64,000 nt of DNA from Macrostomum hystrix (lineage: Eukaryota > Animalia > Platyhelminthes), in contig CATNEN010000010.1 in NCBI GenBank assembly GCA_950097015.1, positions 2,480,001 through 2,544,000 on the forward strand, given 5' to 3'. Positions 11,428 through 23,557 of this stretch are shown here, one piece after another; position 1 is the stretch's first letter; each line of letters begins with the position of its first letter. Position numbers and translations under genes: made by a program. Under the pieces are notes generated by a model, which did not search any database, was not told where the DNA came from, and saw only the letters and a program-made list of their open reading frames with translations.

Positions 11428-13934
11428 TTACTGCCCGCCCGCCCGGTCAATGATCTCAATCTTGGGCCTGTTAAAGTAGTCGCTGGCCCAGTGCTCCCGC
11501 TGCTCTCGCTTATTCACCAGCGAGCTGTCACCGAAGTAGAAGGTCTTTGAGTCAGCGGCGGCGTTGGCAGCTCCCGACGCCGGGGTCACGCGCCGCAGCT
11601 GCGCGGACACAGCCGGAGCTGCCGCCTGACGCCCGGCTGCGTGGCCATTGCTGACTGGCTGGTATCGAGCCGGCGTTATCAGCTGCTGGTAGGAGGACAG
11701 GAAATCGCCACCAGCCTGTTGGCTGGGCTGCTGATTGAACCGGCTGGCCAGAGCACGCACCCGACCGCCGCCGCCGCCACGCGAAGAACTGCCGGACGAG
11801 GAGGCAGCTGAGGCCGGGCGCGGCTGCTGAATCGCTGGAGCCGCGTTGTAGGCGGTGCCGAGACTGCGCGGGGCACCTCCGTTCTCGGCGGAGAACCAGA
11901 ACCCGGAGTCGGCACCGGTGGATCTCGCGTAGACCACCGCCTGGCGCATGATTTCAGCTCCCGGCTCTCGAGACCTGCCGTCCAAATCCCCGATGTCAGT
12001 GCCGGTGTCGTCTTCATCGGATGAGGACGGGCTGAGGTAGCCATACGGCAGCTGCTGAAACTTGCGCACCGGGTATTCCACGGTGGACACGTGCCTAGGC
12101 GGGCCGCCACCACGGGCTGGTGGCAACTGCTGAATGTCCGTGCGCTGCACGAGAATCTCCATTCGCGGCTGCTGCGGCCTGTGCTCAGACATTGAGCGAA
12201 GAGTTTCCGAACTCGGTGGGCTGGCAGCATACTTAGACCGCTGCTGCTGCTGCTGCTGTGAGTCGAGGGCTGGCTCACAGGCGTGAAAGTAGATGTTCCG
12301 CTTCAGCCAGTACTGAATGCGTTCATTAACTTCGACGTTGTTTTCCCCAGAGTCAGCTGTCGGATTGTAAGACTGCTGGACTTGTCGCGGCGCTGGTCGC
12401 TGCTGCCTCTGCTGCTGCTGCTGCTGCCTCTGCTGCTGCTGCTGCTGCTGCTGCTGTCCACTGGTACCGAAAATTTCGTCCAAGTCAATATCAGTCACCG
12501 ATCGGTCTCTGAAGACCTTGTCCGGGACAAGCAAAATGCTGCTGCGTGCACTGCCGGAGCCTCCGATGTGCTGATGGCTGACGGATGTCTGCAAGGCCGG
12601 AGAGGACGCCCCTCGATTGGGGTCCCTTACGTAGGCTTTGTGGGCTCAATAATAGACACGCCGATTAGGCACTAGCTACGGGGGCAAGCGGCATGCACGA
12701 AGGCGACTCGCACCAGAAGAAAGAAAAAGAAACTATTGAACTGGATATTGACATATGACCTTGCTAGGGACAGTAAACTGCGTTCTTGTGAAACCCTGAC
12801 TTAATCATCTACGTAGCCTGCGTGGAGTTGCGGCACTGCGAGCTAAAAAACTTTCGACACCAACTGAACTCGCAAACTCACCGGTTCCAAGTTGCGCAGC
12901 GCGCTGTCCACCGCATCAGCTGCCGCCGTACGCCTGTCTTCTTGAGCGCGCCGTGGCTGCAGAACTTCCGTCGCCACTGAGCGGTCTACGGGGCCTGCGC
13001 TGCTTGCCTCGGTCAGCGAGTCCTCATCCATGCTTCGGCGCCGTCTACGCTGTTGGTCATGGCGTCCTGGTGGGCTGCTGCTTCGGTACCCGGATGTGGT
13101 TGCGCTTGAAGTCGGCGCCAGGCCGGCCTGCGGTGCTGGCGACTGCGAGCGCGACCGGTTCCGCCCGGGGCTCGGGCTGACGCGACGGAAGTCCGGCATT
13201 GGTTTCGCCCGAAAGGGCGGATTTTCCGATGGCTTGCAGTCGTGACGCTTCATAGAAGGGCTCGGCTGACGGGCTTGCGACGGCGGCGGTGGCGCTGGCA
13301 CGTATTTTCGCTCCGCTGCTGGTTTCAGGCTCGGAGGCATCTTGGCTCGGCCAAAGTTTTGACGCGAAGGCGGCGACTTGTTCAGGAGTGGCCAGTCAGT
13401 AGCATCGCAGCCGGTGTCAACATACAGCGGCTTCTGTGGTGGCGGAGGAGAAGTTCCACGATTTGTTCGGCTCTGTCGCTGACGAGAGCGACGGTTCCCG
13501 CCGCTGTCCGTCGCAGTTCGCAATGGTGCCTCGTCGCCATCATCCAAGCTGTCGTTCGAAGCAATGGAGCCATCGTTTCGCCTTCGACGACGAATCGGAG
13601 AACTGCCTGTGGTGACTTTTTTGTCGCTGGTGCCGACTCCGGTGCTGCGTGTGGTCGGCTTCGATGCGGCCCGCTCTTTCTGCTCCCGCTGAGCCTGCAG
13701 GTCAGGCGTTGAGCGCGCGAGAGAGGAAGCGTTCGAGGGTGCCCTGCGCACTGGGCTGGGCGAGTGGGAGTGATCCGAGACGGCGCAATCTCGCAACAGG
13801 TCGTCAACGCTGCCTGTGTTGTGCTTGCGTCGGCTGTGTGGCGACTTGTAAAGCTCTCGGGCCGCCTTTAGTCGGTGCATTCGCGCTGCTTCGCCGTGCA
13901 GAAGGTCTCCGCCGGCTGGATAGAACGGCGGCTG

Positions 13935-13978
<44 letters not shown>

Positions 13979-14243
13979 GCGGCGTTTGTTGCTCCTTCTT
14001 GGGGCTCGGCACTGCATCGTCATCAGTTGCCCAGGGCGGCCGGCTGCCGTACAATGTCTGGCTGCCCATACGGCGCCGAGTCTCCACTCTGGGTGGCGCG
14101 TCGATCATCCGGCTGGCCGGCTGGGCCGCTCCGGCCTGGCCCGTCGGCGGCTGCGCCAGATTGGGCGTCGATCGCGCAGCTGACATTGGCGCCGAAGAGC
14201 GCGATCCGAGCCGCCTACCGCCGGCGCCCGAGGAAATCGGCAT
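11428..14243 (-). CDS. Two-exon low-complexity, probably disordered protein (Q/P/S/R-rich, ~840 aa); no recognisable domain
   Basis: Exons 14243-12882 (donor GTGAGT) and 12588-11428 (acceptor TTGCAG) are both phase 0, with long GC-rich open frames. Further exons at either end are possible. Confidence 0.7.
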
Positions 14244-16354
14244 TCCGCAATGGGTATTTGTGAGCTGAGCTGCTGTAGAGGGTTCAAGGCAGGTGTTGTT
14301 TTGAGTTGGTTTTTATGGCAGGCGTAGGTACTCGACTGATATAGCGGAGCAGAAATGGCTGCTTTTAGAAACTGTAGCAAATCTGAGGTAATGTTCCGCA
14401 CGGGCGCCCTGAATTCCAGGGAAATTCAATAACCCACTGGGTCGATCTCGAGCCGCAACTGACTATATTTGCATATTTTGCGGTGTAATCTGAAATTTAC
14501 TCCGCTGAATTTTTTCTCGGTGTGGGGTTGTTTAGGGGTTGAATAGCAAGAAGAAAATGATTTGGTGGAGCAAAATATTTGTGGTAAATCGCATGTTCTC
14601 AGTTTAGCTGAAGCATTTGATTAAATTGTGTCATGCGCAATGCTCAGCTCACCTTGCCGTTCGGTTTGTGCGCGAGTCCGGGGAGTTCAGGCCAGGCAGC
14701 GAGGAGAGAAGAATTGCGAAACAAACAAGGCAGCACAAGTTGTGGGCTTTTATGCTTTGCAACGCCCCACACTTCCCGTTCCTCTCCATTCCGCTCCCAA
14801 TGGCTTCTTTGCTGAGCTCACGGAAGGGGTGGGGCCGTTGTCGTGAGCTGACTGGACCTAAATGGGCGGCGTCTCAGTTTTGCAAAGCGCTATTTGGGAG
14901 CGGGTACAGCGGTAGAACCGCATGACGACTGGAGTGGAAAGTCCGGCCTGCGCCGTCCTGAGCTACACTGACAATGCAGGGGTATGCAGCCCAGCCCGGA
15001 CCTTTCTGATCCGATATGGCGAGGAAAATCAATCGGTCCTATTCGTCCGACAGAGTTGCCGATTTAACTGCTGGCGATCGATTCGCCAGGGTGGGTGGGT
15101 TTCCATTGTGGAATAGAAACAGCAGCCAAGCTGCGGGCTCGACACTCCAGAAACTGGATATTCAAAGAGCGGCGAGAGAGTTTGTTGAACAGGTAGCACC
15201 CCTAAATTCCTCCGGGGTCAGGACTTCGGGAAGCTAAAATATTGAAAATTGTCTTCAGTGGACGTTAGCCCCAGAGTAGCAATGTGTGCCGGACAGTTGA
15301 TAGTCAGAGCATTGCAACACTGGCAAAGAACTGTCCACACTGTAATGCAACACCGCAGCCTCGATCGAGGTTAGTTGGAACAGAATTTGCCTATCAAACT
15401 GTGCAAACACGCTAAAATGAAGTCGTCAGTCTTAAAGGTAGAGCGAGCTGCCATGTTAAGAATCTACACAGAAATGTATTTAAATAAATTCTACAGTTGA
15501 TCGCCTTCTGTTAACTGTTTTCAACAAAACCCTTTAAACGCCTTGGCGTAAACATTCTACTAATAGTTAATAAGCATTCAATCGCTTTAGCGATGCCAGG
15601 ACGGTAACAAATCTTTAATATATAGTCATGGTGATGAGCTTCCGATATCGGAAGGGGATGATATATCGATTAGTAGACACAGAAAAGCGCATCAGTGTAA
15701 TTGAGCAAGAAAATATTAACCCCGAAGATCCGCAGCTCGCTAGAGCAAGCTTGCGTTCCTTGTTTTTTACGCTGTAGAGCTTGAGCTGTATGACTGATCT
15801 GTGAATAATGCAAAAAATGTTTGTGAATCCAGTTTTTTTCAGCTTTTCAGCAGGAAAGAGCAAATTCTGGTAGTTGGAGGGGGGAAATTTAGCAACCACT
15901 AATTGGTGGCTTACTGATTCTCCCCCTAAGCAATTGCAATTGTAGTACAATTAATATTTACGTGATTTACAAAACAAAATTGCTTCGAACATTCGTTAAT
16001 GTGTTTTTCGACCGTCAACTTAAAAAATTCGCGATTATGGCTAATTGGCCCGGTCAAATACAGAAATCAGGTGGATTACCAGTCTGATTCTGTGAATTAC
16101 TGCTACTGATTCCTGAACTGCCTTATTTGAGAATAATGCTACGCCATCTATCAATGTTGTTAGGCATAAAAGATTAAGATTTCATATTTAAAGATTATAG
16201 GATTTCATATTTTCTGCCAGCTCTATCATTTTAGCCTAGATAAAAGTTACAATTGGCCTGGCTAGCGGACAGCTGATTATTTTTTACATGTCGTAAAATG
16301 AGTTGCCGATGTACATGCTAATTTTTTACATTATTAGGGCCTACAAGTTACAAT

Positions 16355-16793
16355 GGATCCTAGACACTTCGTCATCTTACATTTTTGTCATCCTACAACT
16401 TCGTCATCCACTTGGAAGGTAGGACACTTCGTCATCCAGCCAATTGGCATGCTTTAAAGTTTGGTCAGTTCGTCATCTACTAATAACAAATAAGCAATTA
16501 AGTTCGTCATCAATAAAGTGAGGGTGGGTGGTGAGGCAGAGGTGTGAACACACTTCACATCTTAAAATGCCAAAAAGAGGTGTCAAAACTGATTTCATTA
16601 TAAGAGTTGAAAGAAAGGTGCCAACACGATGTGAGGAGGTGGGGAGGGGTGGTTCTGTACTAAGTTTGAAAACTTTTGTTTTATAGATGACAAAGTGTCC
16701 ACAAGTCTAAGTCTCTTCACCATCCACCCTCTGAGATATTGGACAGATCGTCATCTGGATGACAAAGTTGTAAGATGACGAAGTGTCCAGGTA
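16355..16793 (+). mobile_element. MITE family A, copy 1 (~440 bp)
   Basis: Perfect 19-bp inverted repeat GACACTTCGTCATCTTACA (16363-16381) / TGTAAGATGACGAAGTGTC (16769-16787). The CTTCGTCATC motif is repeated internally. A diverged inverted copy lies at 56405-56818. Confidence 0.85.
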
Positions 16794-18204
16794 GGCCCCT
16801 ACCGTTACAATTGGCCTAGCTTAGACGCTTAATTAAGCTACCATGTGCTATACTTTTGTTATATATAAGTTCTCTTTGCCTATGACAATATTTTTTATGG
16901 AGAAAAAATGTCTGAATCTCCTTTTGCAAAAATTTATACATTTATTGGTCATGCCTAATATATATTGGCCTAGCTGATAAGGAAGTAGGCCCTAATGTGT
17001 TATTCAAGTAATAGGTATTCAAGTAAGCCTAGCTAATGTTGAATATGGGTCTTATTTTATATATAGCCTATAGGCTATTATAATATTGAATATGGTCTTA
17101 GGGGCTGTCCAGCCATTTGCAAATCAGAAGAGTCTCGAAGTCTTTAAAATCCAAACTATAGTGAGGGCTCATTAAAAATCAGCCAAATTTTTGTGCCCAA
17201 AACAACTCTATGTGGCTACTATGGGCCATAGACAACTCCCATTCGTCATTCCGCGTCATTGGCACCATTTTAAAAGAAGAAAATAATTTCGCAAACAAAA
17301 GTAAATTTATGCCAGCCTATTGTATATGCTATATGCTGGTATTCATTCACTTACACATAGCATATATACCTCCAATGCATAGGGTAGCCAATGATTTTTT
17401 CTGGGGAGTCATAGGCCTATACTCAGCTAGTTAACTAGCTAGCCACATGCCAACCCCAATGGCATTGAAATGCAGCTGCATAATAGGGCCTACTTATACT
17501 AAATACTTACTCTAAATACTTATTTAGAGCAAAATAAGTTTTATAGCAACTTTTTTTTATAAATATATTTACTACTTTAATTGCCAAATGCAAAACAAAT
17601 AACTATGCAGTTTAATATGCAGTCTGTCCTAGACACTAAATATACTACTGGCTCTTAATTAGTAAAGTAAGTAACAATACAGACAAACTGTTTAACATTC
17701 TAAGGTCTAAAAATAGAAAACAAGGGAATAAAATTAATAATTAAACTGGTACTAGCAGATAGCTAGCCCTTTGATCTGGTCATCTTGGTATAGGCCTATC
17801 TTAAGAAAAATACAAATTCTAGTTGAAGTTTATAAATATTTAAATACTGTTCAATTTCTTGCTGATTAAAAAATATATTTTGAGCAATAGCTAGCCTATT
17901 TATTCTTAGCTTTCTATAGCCATAGATAATTGTTTTAAAACACTAGATTAGCCACTAAATACTTTATAAACAAGGAATTCTATTGCTTGATTTTACTTAT
18001 CTCTATCACTAAAATGAGTACTCATACTTTCAGTGATCTGGAGTCTACTCATAAAAAAAATTATTATTAGCCTATTTGCTTTTGAATTAGATTTTTACTA
18101 TGAAATGCATTTTTTAATTTGAGACAGACATAAAGCATGTGTAATTTTTTGAAACTATGAAGTTTTTTTTCAAGTATGCAAATATGTGAAGGCAACATGA
18201 TTAA

Positions 18205-18809
18205 CAGTAGAACTACTAAGGGGGATTTTCCCCCTGACAATTTTTTTGCTGCACCCAAACGGAACAATGCAAGCACATGAAACTCAAGAACACGAGCCAA
18301 CTTTTTGTTGCGCATCTTCTGAAACAAGAAACAAGTTGCCAGCTCTTTAGTTTAGACTGTCAAGATATTCAATGTTTCTGGCCGAAGGTCCGATTTTTCC
18401 CATAAGAGCTAGTGTATTTTATACACCCCTATACACAAATTTGCACTGCGCCTCAGTGCGGCCTTTCCAGACCTTCAAACTTTATCAGCATATCACCCGA
18501 ATGTGCTTGCATCATCTCCGACTTTGGCGGTCACCAAACTTTATCTATATCTATCTCTCTTATCTATCTAGACCTTCAAGAGCTACAACAGGTGGAACTA
18601 GGCCACTATGGACACCCTGACACGAATTTCTCCAATTTCACTGTTTAAGCCTAACTTGAACAGGCGCAGCTCAACCACAGGACACCCTCGACTAGTCTGT
18701 CAACCAATCAGTCACCCCAAAGCATTCAGGCGCTGGCAAAAACATTTTCAGGGGGGAAATCCCCCCTTGGTATAAAAACAGGTGGCAAAATGGCTTCGTA
18801 GTCCTACTG
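18205..18809 (+). mobile_element. MITE family B: TTAA-flanked, bipartite asymmetric TIRs (piggyBac-like architecture)
   Basis: TTAA at 18201-18204 and 18810-18813. Outer TIR CAGTAGAACTAC / GTAGTCCTACTG; inner TIR AAGGGGGATTTTCCCCCTGA / TCAGGGGGGAAATCCCCCCTT. A second copy lies at ~39355-39892. Confidence 0.85.
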
Positions 18810-18930
18810 TTAATGTGACACAAAAGGCACATTGCTACATTGCAAAGAAACAAAAGCCTATTTGTAATAATTTAGCTTGTTATAAAAACTATTTGGTTAA
18901 TTATAGCAGTAGTTAGTCTTCTCTGCACTC

Positions 18931-19611
18931 ATGGATAATGAAGGCATACCTATAAATTCACAGAGCACATGTTGCAAATCACACTTCAGGTGCATTTGTT
19001 GGCATCCGCAGTCAGTTCAGTCAGCCAGCATGCCTAGCTGTCCAGTGTGCCACTGCCTCATTGCCAGTGTGCGCCGATACATTGAGCATGTTCTGTGCCA
19101 TGGGGTGGCTCAGCTCAGCCCGCCAGCTTCAGCTCAAGCCTTCAGCAGCAGCTGTCCATCCAGGAGGTCTAGTGCTCTGTTGCCGCAGTTTGCCTGCGGC
19201 GACTGCGGCAAGCGTTTGCAGAGCTGGTCAACACTGCAGCAGCACCTGCTCACTCACAGCAAGCCATTCAAGTGCCGCATATGTCATAGGCGCTTCAGCC
19301 AGAAGGTCAACCTGCTGGACCACGAGCGGGCGCATACTGGCGAGAAGCCATTCAGCTGCGATGTCTGCAGCAGGAGCTTCAGCCAGCAGGCCAACTTGCA
19401 CACACACAGGAAGACCCACCTGGAGCAGAGAGACTTTCACTGCTCACTGTGCTCAGCTGGCTTTGTTCAGAAGATCAACCTCATGACTCACCTTGAGAAA
19501 CGGCACTCGGCCCAACTGGCGTTCTGCTGTTCTCAGTGCCGCTGGGGTTCCGACAGCGGCTTCTGCCGCCGCTGCCACGGAGATGCCAGTCCAGTTGATT
19601 GTCTCACCTGA
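18931..19611 (+). CDS. C2H2 zinc-finger protein (4 tandem fingers plus an N-terminal CxxC/H motif), intronless
   Basis: CGDC..HLLTH, CRIC..HERAHTGEKPF, CDVC..HRKTH, CSLC..HLEKRH. The true start may be the Met at ~19030. Confidence 0.9.
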   Translation: MDNEGIPINSQSTCCKSHFRCICWHPQSVQSASMPSCPVCHCLIASVRRYIEHVLCHGVAQLSPPASAQAFSSSCPSRRSSALLPQFACGDCGKRLQSWSTLQQHLLTHSKPFKCRICHRRFSQKVNLLDHERAHTGEKPFSCDVCSRSFSQQANLHTHRKTHLEQRDFHCSLCSAGFVQKINLMTHLEKRHSAQLAFCCSQCRWGSDSGFCRRCHGDASPVDCLT

Positions 19612-19744
19612 ATGTGTTGCGAAAACTTGTGCAAATTTAGGTGCAATATATGCAGAATGCTACTTACAGTAATTAATGCGAATTATGTTGACTTATTTTT
19701 TCCGCTTTTAGGACTTCGACTTGTAAAAAATAATGCGCTGTGTT

Positions 19745-21171
19745 GGGTGTCACTCAGCACTCATCTTTGGGTGTCACTCAGCACTCATCTTTGGGTGTCA
19801 CTCAGCACTCATCCTTGGGTGTCACTCAGCACTCATCTTTGGGTGTCACTCAGCACTCATATTTGGGTGTCACTCAGCACTCATCTTTGGGTGTCACTCA
19901 GCACTCATCTTTGAGTGTCACTCAGCACTCATTTTTAGGTGTCACTCAGCACTCATTTTTAGGTGTCACTCAGCACTCATTTTTAGGTGTCACTCAGCAC
20001 TCATTTTTAGGTGTCACTCAGCACTCATTTTTAGGTGTCACTCAGCACTCATATTTGGGTGTCACTCAGAACTCATCTTTGGGTGTCACTCAGCACTCAT
20101 ATTTGGGTGTCACTCAGCACTTATCTTTGGGTGTCACTCAGCACTCATTTTTGGGTGTCACTCAGCACTCATTTTTAGGTGTCACTCAGCACTCATCTTT
20201 GGGTGTCACTCAGCACTCATATTTGGGTGTCACTCAGCACTCATCTTTGGGTGTCACTCAACACTCATATTTGGGTGTCACTCAGAACTCATCTTTGGGT
20301 GTCACTCAGCACTCATATTTGGGTGTCACTCAGCACTCATATTTGGGTGTCACTCAGCACTCATCTTTGGGTGTCACTCAGCACTCATCTTTGGGTGTCA
20401 CTCAGAACTCATTTTTAGGTGTCACTCAGCACTCATCTTTGGGTGTCACTCAGCACTCATATTTAGGTGTCACTCAGCACTCATTTTTAGGTGTCACTCA
20501 GCACTCATCTTTGGGTGTCACTCAGCACTCATATTTGGGTGTCACTCAGCACTCATTTTTAGGTGTCACTCAGCACTCATCTTTGGGTGTCACTCAGCAC
20601 TCATTTTTAGGTGTCACTCAGCACTCATCTTTGGGTGTCACTCCACTCATCTTTGAGTGTCACTCAGCACTCATCTTTGGGTGTCACTCAGAACTCAATT
20701 TTAGGTGTCACTCAGCACTCATTTTTAGGTGTCACTCAGCACTCATATTTGGGTGTCACTCAGCACTCATTTTTAGGTGTCACTCAGCACTCATCTTTGG
20801 GTGTCACTCAGCACTAATTTTTAGGTGTCACTCAGCACTAATTTTTAGGTGTCACTCAGCACTCATATTTGGGTGTCACTCAGCACTCATTTTTAGGTGT
20901 CACTCAGCACTCATTTTTAGGTGTCACTCAGCACTCATATTTGGGTGTCACTCAGCACTCATTTTTAGGTGTCACTCAGCACTCATCTTTGGGTGTCACT
21001 CAGCACTCATTTTTGGGTGTCACTCAGCACTAATCTTTGGGTGTCACTCCACTCATCTTTGAGTGTCACTCAGCACTCATCTTTGGGTGTCACTCAGAAC
21101 TCAATTTTAGGTGTCACTCAGCACTCATTTTTAGGTGTCACTCAGCACTCATTTTTAGGTGTCACTCAGCA
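19745..21171. repeat. 24-nt minisatellite, ~59 copies
   Basis: Unit GGGTGTCACTCAGCACTCAT(C/A/T)TTT. Confidence 0.97.
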
Positions 21172-21821
21172 TTTGGGATTTTTGTGACCATAAATAACAA
21201 TATATATTTATTTAGGACGTAGATTTTTGTTTTCTATGTGTTGAGTATACGAGCTCTATATACGTATATACGGCTTATTAGAATTCTTTTTTTCGATGAC
21301 TTTCATTTGTTAATTGTCGAAAATGTTCGCTACTCACAGACTGCTAGTTTTTCATTATCTACCCTGGAAGCTGTAACAGGTAGCAGGTTTCTTTATGGCT
21401 TGGCAAGCGAAGATCAACTCACCAATAATAATGTGCTCTCAGACTGCTGCTCCTCATTCACTTTTCTGTACAATCCGATGCAGTAATTAGAAATGCATAT
21501 CTATGTGACTGTATGTTTTATGTTGCATCTAGTTTGCTTTTGCCACTGAAGTTCAAATGGCTGAATGTTTTGCCCAATTGACTGGCCTTCTAATCGTCAT
21601 CTACGATCGTATGCTTCTGACCCCTGCTAGCAACGTGGCGCAACCGGAATTCGCGTGTGTGATAATAGAAGGACAGGCAGTCAAAACTAGTCGGATGCAA
21701 TATCCACAGAGCCAGTGTGAGTAGCGACTTAACGTGCCCTCTGTACTTCAGGTAGTATATTTACTGTTGACATAGAAGGCAGGTAGACTTACCAACGCTA
21801 AACATCTGCTGTGCCAAAATC

Positions 21822-22949
21822 ATGGCGCGATTGCTTAAGCTGTGTCTGACTGTTTGTGCCTTTGTCGTCATGGACACTGATCAGACAGTCGGAAACCCGG
21901 TCAGTGGTGCAGTAGAGTGGAGCAGCTTCGAAAGTAGCATCAGTGGCGGCAATAAAAACTGGAGCGGCAGTGGAAGCACCAGCGGCGGCGGAAGCGGCAG
22001 TGGATGGAGCAGCCATGGAAGCAGCAGCGGCGGAAGCGGCAGTGGATGGAGCAACCATGGAAGCAGCAGCAGCGGCGGAAGCGGCAGTGGATGGAGCAAC
22101 CATGGGGGCAGCAGCGGCGGAAGCGGCAGTGGATGGAGCAACCATAGGGGCAGCAGCGGCGGAAGCGGCAGTGGATGGAGCAACCATGGGGGCAGCAGCG
22201 GCGGAAGCGGCAGTGGATGGAGCAACCATGGGGGCAGCAGCGGCGGAAGCGGCAGTGGATGGAGCAACCATGGGGGGAGCAGCGGCGGAAGCGGCAGTGG
22301 ATGGAGCAACCATGGAAGCAGCAGCAGCGGCGGAAGCGGCAGTGGATGGAGCAAACATGGAGGCAGCAGTGGCGGAAGCGGCAGTGGATGGAGCAACCAT
22401 GGAAGCAGCAGCGGCGGAAGCGGCAGTGGATGGAGCAACCATGGGGGCAGCAGCGGCGGAAGCGGCAGTGGATGGAGCAACCATGGAAGCAGCAGCAGCG
22501 GCGGAAGCGGCAGTGGATGGAGCAACCATGGAAGCAGCAGCAGCGGCGGAAGCGGCAGTGGATGGAGCAACCATGGAAGCAGCAGCGGCGGAAGCGGCAG
22601 TGGATGGAGCAACCATGGGGGCAGCAGCGGCGGAAGCGGCAGTGGATGGAGCAAACATGGAGGCAGCAGCGGCGGAAGCGGCAGTGGATGGAGCAAACAT
22701 GGAGGCAGCAGCGGCGGAAGCGGCAGTGGATGGAACAACCATGGAGGCAGCAGTGGCGGAAGCAGTAGCGGTGGCGGACGCGGCAGTGGTAGGAGCAGCG
22801 GTGGAAGCGGTAGTGGGTGGAGTAGCGATGGAAGCAGCAATGGCGGCAAGGAGTGGAGCAGTGGTGGAAGCTACTCAAAGGAAAGCGGGGTTGAGTGGAG
22901 CAAGGAGGGCGGCTCGTGGGGTAGCACCGGCTCGTGCAAGTCCTGTTAA
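21822..22949 (+). CDS. Putative secreted Gly/Ser/Trp/His-rich repeat protein (375 aa)
   Basis: AAAATCATGG start and N-terminal hydrophobic stretch MARLLKLCLTVCAFVV. About 18 repeats of GGSGSGWS(N/K)HG(G/S)SS, a CKSC* end, and AATAAA ~80 nt downstream. Confidence 0.65.
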   Translation: MARLLKLCLTVCAFVVMDTDQTVGNPVSGAVEWSSFESSISGGNKNWSGSGSTSGGGSGSGWSSHGSSSGGSGSGWSNHGSSSSGGSGSGWSNHGGSSGGSGSGWSNHRGSSGGSGSGWSNHGGSSGGSGSGWSNHGGSSGGSGSGWSNHGGSSGGSGSGWSNHGSSSSGGSGSGWSKHGGSSGGSGSGWSNHGSSSGGSGSGWSNHGGSSGGSGSGWSNHGSSSSGGSGSGWSNHGSSSSGGSGSGWSNHGSSSGGSGSGWSNHGGSSGGSGSGWSKHGGSSGGSGSGWSKHGGSSGGSGSGWNNHGGSSGGSSSGGGRGSGRSSGGSGSGWSSDGSSNGGKEWSSGGSYSKESGVEWSKEGGSWGSTGSCKSC

Positions 22950-23557
22950 TTTGTTTTCTCAGGTTGACGTTAAATCACATTATTATTTTAAGAGCAGCGT
23001 CTGTTGGACAATGAATAGTTTTCATGCGAAATAAAAAAGTTATTTTAAATTAATAAACAGCGCAGCATTAGACCTCATTAATTAAATGCACTATAATTCT
23101 CGCTTTTGCTTTTAAATCGGCAGTACAATCTACCAGCTGTTATTTATTTTATTTAGGGCCGAAGTTACTTTTCCCCTGTGGCAGGTGTTAGGTCCCGGAA
23201 GCTCCCCTCAATAATTAGCCATGCTGCTCAAGGCCTTGCGGAGCCAAATTTTCTCACGTGACCGTCAGGGAGGGTACTGAGCCCTCGCCTGAATAAGAGA
23301 CTGCCCTGCACAGCCTCAGCCAATGAGAGGTCCTGTCCTTCTTGAGTATAGCCTGCTCAACCCCGCTATTCCCGAGTCTTGGCCCAGTCAGATTCGGGTT
23401 GTGGCCGCAGCGCTGAGCATGTATGCACTCAGCTGCCTGTAGTGCTCAGCGTGGGAGTACTCTATTTGTAGCGCGGACTGCAGACATTGCGGGCTCAGAG
23501 ACAAGTAAATCTCACGGGTAAACTGAGTGCACTTGACAGCCCCAGACTAATAAAAGC

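Noticed and set aside
19733-21222. Long ORFs (307 and 440 aa) of GCHSALIF or LGVTQHS repeats
   Set aside because: Products of a 24-nt (3n) stop-free minisatellite; no unique coding flanks
21798-23034. Alternative Ala-rich, Pro/Leu-rich, Cys/His-rich and QQRRKRQWME frames over the Gly/Ser repeat
   Set aside because: Shadow frames of a 42/45-nt repeat; only the 21822 frame has a signal-like N-terminus
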